In this document: positions 62,271-64,000 of the stretch, in pieces | Layout: every line of letters starts with the position of its first letter | Position numbering within the stretch: position 1 is the first letter of the stretch | DNA from: Cirrosporium novae-zelandiae | Lineage: Eukaryota | Direction of reading: 5' to 3' | Length of the DNA: 64,000 nucleotides | Assembly: GCA_026023565.1 (NCBI GenBank) | Contig: JAPETS010000017.1 | Coordinates: 1 to 64,000 of the forward strand | Notes under the pieces: generated by a model | Databases searched by the model: none | The model's input: the letters and a program-made list of their open reading frames with translations, nothing else | Told to the model about the DNA's origin: nothing | Program-made: the position numbers and the translations under genes

Positions 62271-64000
62271 TTAGTCATTGCCATTGCCCTTGTCCAATTC
62301 ATAGAAAAGCAAGTAGACCTCGCGTTGGAATGACAAAACTTCACTTGTCTTGCATTCTTTAACCTTTTCGTCGCTTATACGCCACCATCGATTATTCGCT
62401 GCCTTCTTTTTGTGATGCCGATGATACCGTCCCTTCTTCAGGCCGGCATCTACATCATCAATCTGGATGCTAGGTGCTTCTCGAATTGAACTGGGCTGTG
62501 AAGGTCTGGTACCATTACTTTGGGGTCCAATATTGAGAGTGGAGCTGGATGGGCTTTTTAAACTGTTACTTGCAGAGTGTGCTGAGACAGCCTCGTGCAT
62601 TGTTCCTGTCTCAGTGGGAGATGCAGAGAGAGGCGATGGGACTCGTGGTGAAGGTGTTTGATCGGGTACTTCCAAGCTGGGTAAACCCGAAGGCGTATCC
62701 CGTCCGCTAACATGATTTACGGCTTGTAGGCGAGGGCTTGGCTTTCTCGAAATATCCCTACTGGGCGTCCTTGAGTAGGGACCAGTATTTTCCCAGAGAT
62801 TGGGGGTAGAGAAAGGAGGATGGACTATCTGTCTGCGGAAGGTTTCATAATGGCCGCTATCATGGCTACCTCGGTGAGCGACGATAGCAAGGAGTTTGTA
62901 CCTATGTTGATCCAAAATCCCCCCTAAAGTTAACGCCTCCGGAAAAGAAACTTTTGCCGCATTCTTGCTCGAGTAGCTTCCTACCGAGTATATTGATCTT
63001 GATAGATGTATCGCTGCAATTTTCGGATACTTTGAAAGCCGGGCATATTTTTTGATCCGCCGTTTCGGGGCCTCTTTCGTATCTGGTAAAACAAGATCTG
63101 GGGGGGGATTTTCTGGATCTTCGAGAATAGCTTGTTCAAGCTTATCGATATCTGATTGAATGGAAGCCTTCTCCTCTTGCGACCATGCCCGACCCAGGGC
63201 CGCAGATCGCTTTTTGAGGGCATCCACCAGTCGGCATTTTTCACATTTGTAATCTTCTATCTCTTCAGCTTTGAACATGCCATCGAAGCAATGACTCAAC
63301 GTAGTAGAATTTTGTTGGGGAACGTTAAGGGTCAACACAGTAATCGTATTTGAATTTGGCCTGGTTTTGTATCCGCAATGTTGACATTCTATTTGAGACT
63401 CGATAATACCTTCGAAGGGGAAACCGTCTTCATCTTCAACATTATCAACATTCTGGCTCTGTATTCCCCCATGCCCTTCCGCTTTCTCTGTTAACATCTG
63501 TTGCTCAGGAGTGTCGGTACGTTCCGTACTGCTCGTATCCTCAGAAGTACGTTCTAAAGGCTGAATACTTCTTGCCCGTCTCCTTGCATTACAACCAGCA
63601 TGGTACTCATCGCACAATCTTTCCGTGACAACCTGTAAGAATTCTTGTGCATCTTGCTGTTGCCTGCTGAACCTTGTCTGATATGCCATTTCCAATGCCC
63701 CCACAAATTTTTGAGCCGATATAGTCTTCTTATACAATGTTCGTTGGTTGAGACTATCAAGCATTTCCTTAAGTGCTCTCGTAACCAATCCATCTTCCAA
63801 ATGTTTTAACACCAGCGCCTTCCGTTTGTCATTTCCAAACATCGCTTCCGGCGGTTGGTAGATCTCAGGACCGTCGAGGTCTCTGCGATGAAACTCTCGT
63901 ATAAGATATGTTCTCAGGTCACCCAGCCCAGCGAGGGCCTGTAAAACCGAATTGTAAAAACAGTCATTTGCAGAGTTGGAGAGGCCGACTGCGCCCTTCT
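62271..64000 (-). CDS. Ubiquitin-specific protease (Ubp16/USP30-like); 5' end lies outside the window
   Basis: Cys box VGLSNSANDCFYNSVLQAL, QQQDAQEFL, His box HRGSHDSGHY, WWRISDE, VYLLFYE. Confidence 0.9.
   Translation of the reverse strand, partial: KGAVGLSNSANDCFYNSVLQALAGLGDLRTYLIREFHRRDLDGPEIYQPPEAMFGNDKRKALVLKHLEDGLVTRALKEMLDSLNQRTLYKKTISAQKFVGALEMAYQTRFSRQQQDAQEFLQVVTERLCDEYHAGCNARRRARSIQPLERTSEDTSSTERTDTPEQQMLTEKAEGHGGIQSQNVDNVEDEDGFPFEGIIESQIECQHCGYKTRPNSNTITVLTLNVPQQNSTTLSHCFDGMFKAEEIEDYKCEKCRLVDALKKRSAALGRAWSQEEKASIQSDIDKLEQAILEDPENPPPDLVLPDTKEAPKRRIKKYARLSKYPKIAAIHLSRSIYSVGSYSSKNAAKVSFPEALTLGGILDQHRYKLLAIVAHRGSHDSGHYETFRRQIVHPPFSTPNLWENTGPYSRTPSRDISRKPSPRLQAVNHVSGRDTPSGLPSLEVPDQTPSPRVPSPLSASPTETGTMHEAVSAHSASNSLKSPSSSTLNIGPQSNGTRPSQPSSIREAPSIQIDDVDAGLKKGRYHRHHKKKAANNRWWRISDEKVKECKTSEVLSFQREVYLLFYELDKGNGND

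Overview
Eukaryotic, intron-rich DNA from a filamentous ascomycete (Pezizomycotina, probably Eurotiomycetes-like; the taxon is an inference). Left to right: a dispersed 5S rRNA gene and several orphan or decayed genes (0.5-10.5 kb); a conserved core block (CCDC174/DUF4078, Pin1/Ess1, RPB9, mitochondrial uL14, Set9, Atg11, CENP-H, Nhp6, a conserved hypothetical protein); an AT-rich, transposon-derived zone at about 32-41 kb (Ty3/Gypsy RNase H remnant, solo LTR, a GC-rich fold-back, and a RIP-like copy of the Atg11 3' end); a small catabolic group (carboxylesterase, neutral ceramidase, MFS transporter, DUF3445/HDOD-like protein); then a second core block (small membrane protein, CSC1/OSCA channel, class II aldolase, truncated Ubp16-like protease). 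The best leads are an RPB9 intron that reads on in frame into an alternative CxxC-x5-CxxC C-terminus, an unexplained structured element of about 180 nt at 36.9-37.1 kb, an orphan gene that needs a non-GT splice donor, and the duplicated Atg11 fragment. All gene models were built by eye and no database searches were run.
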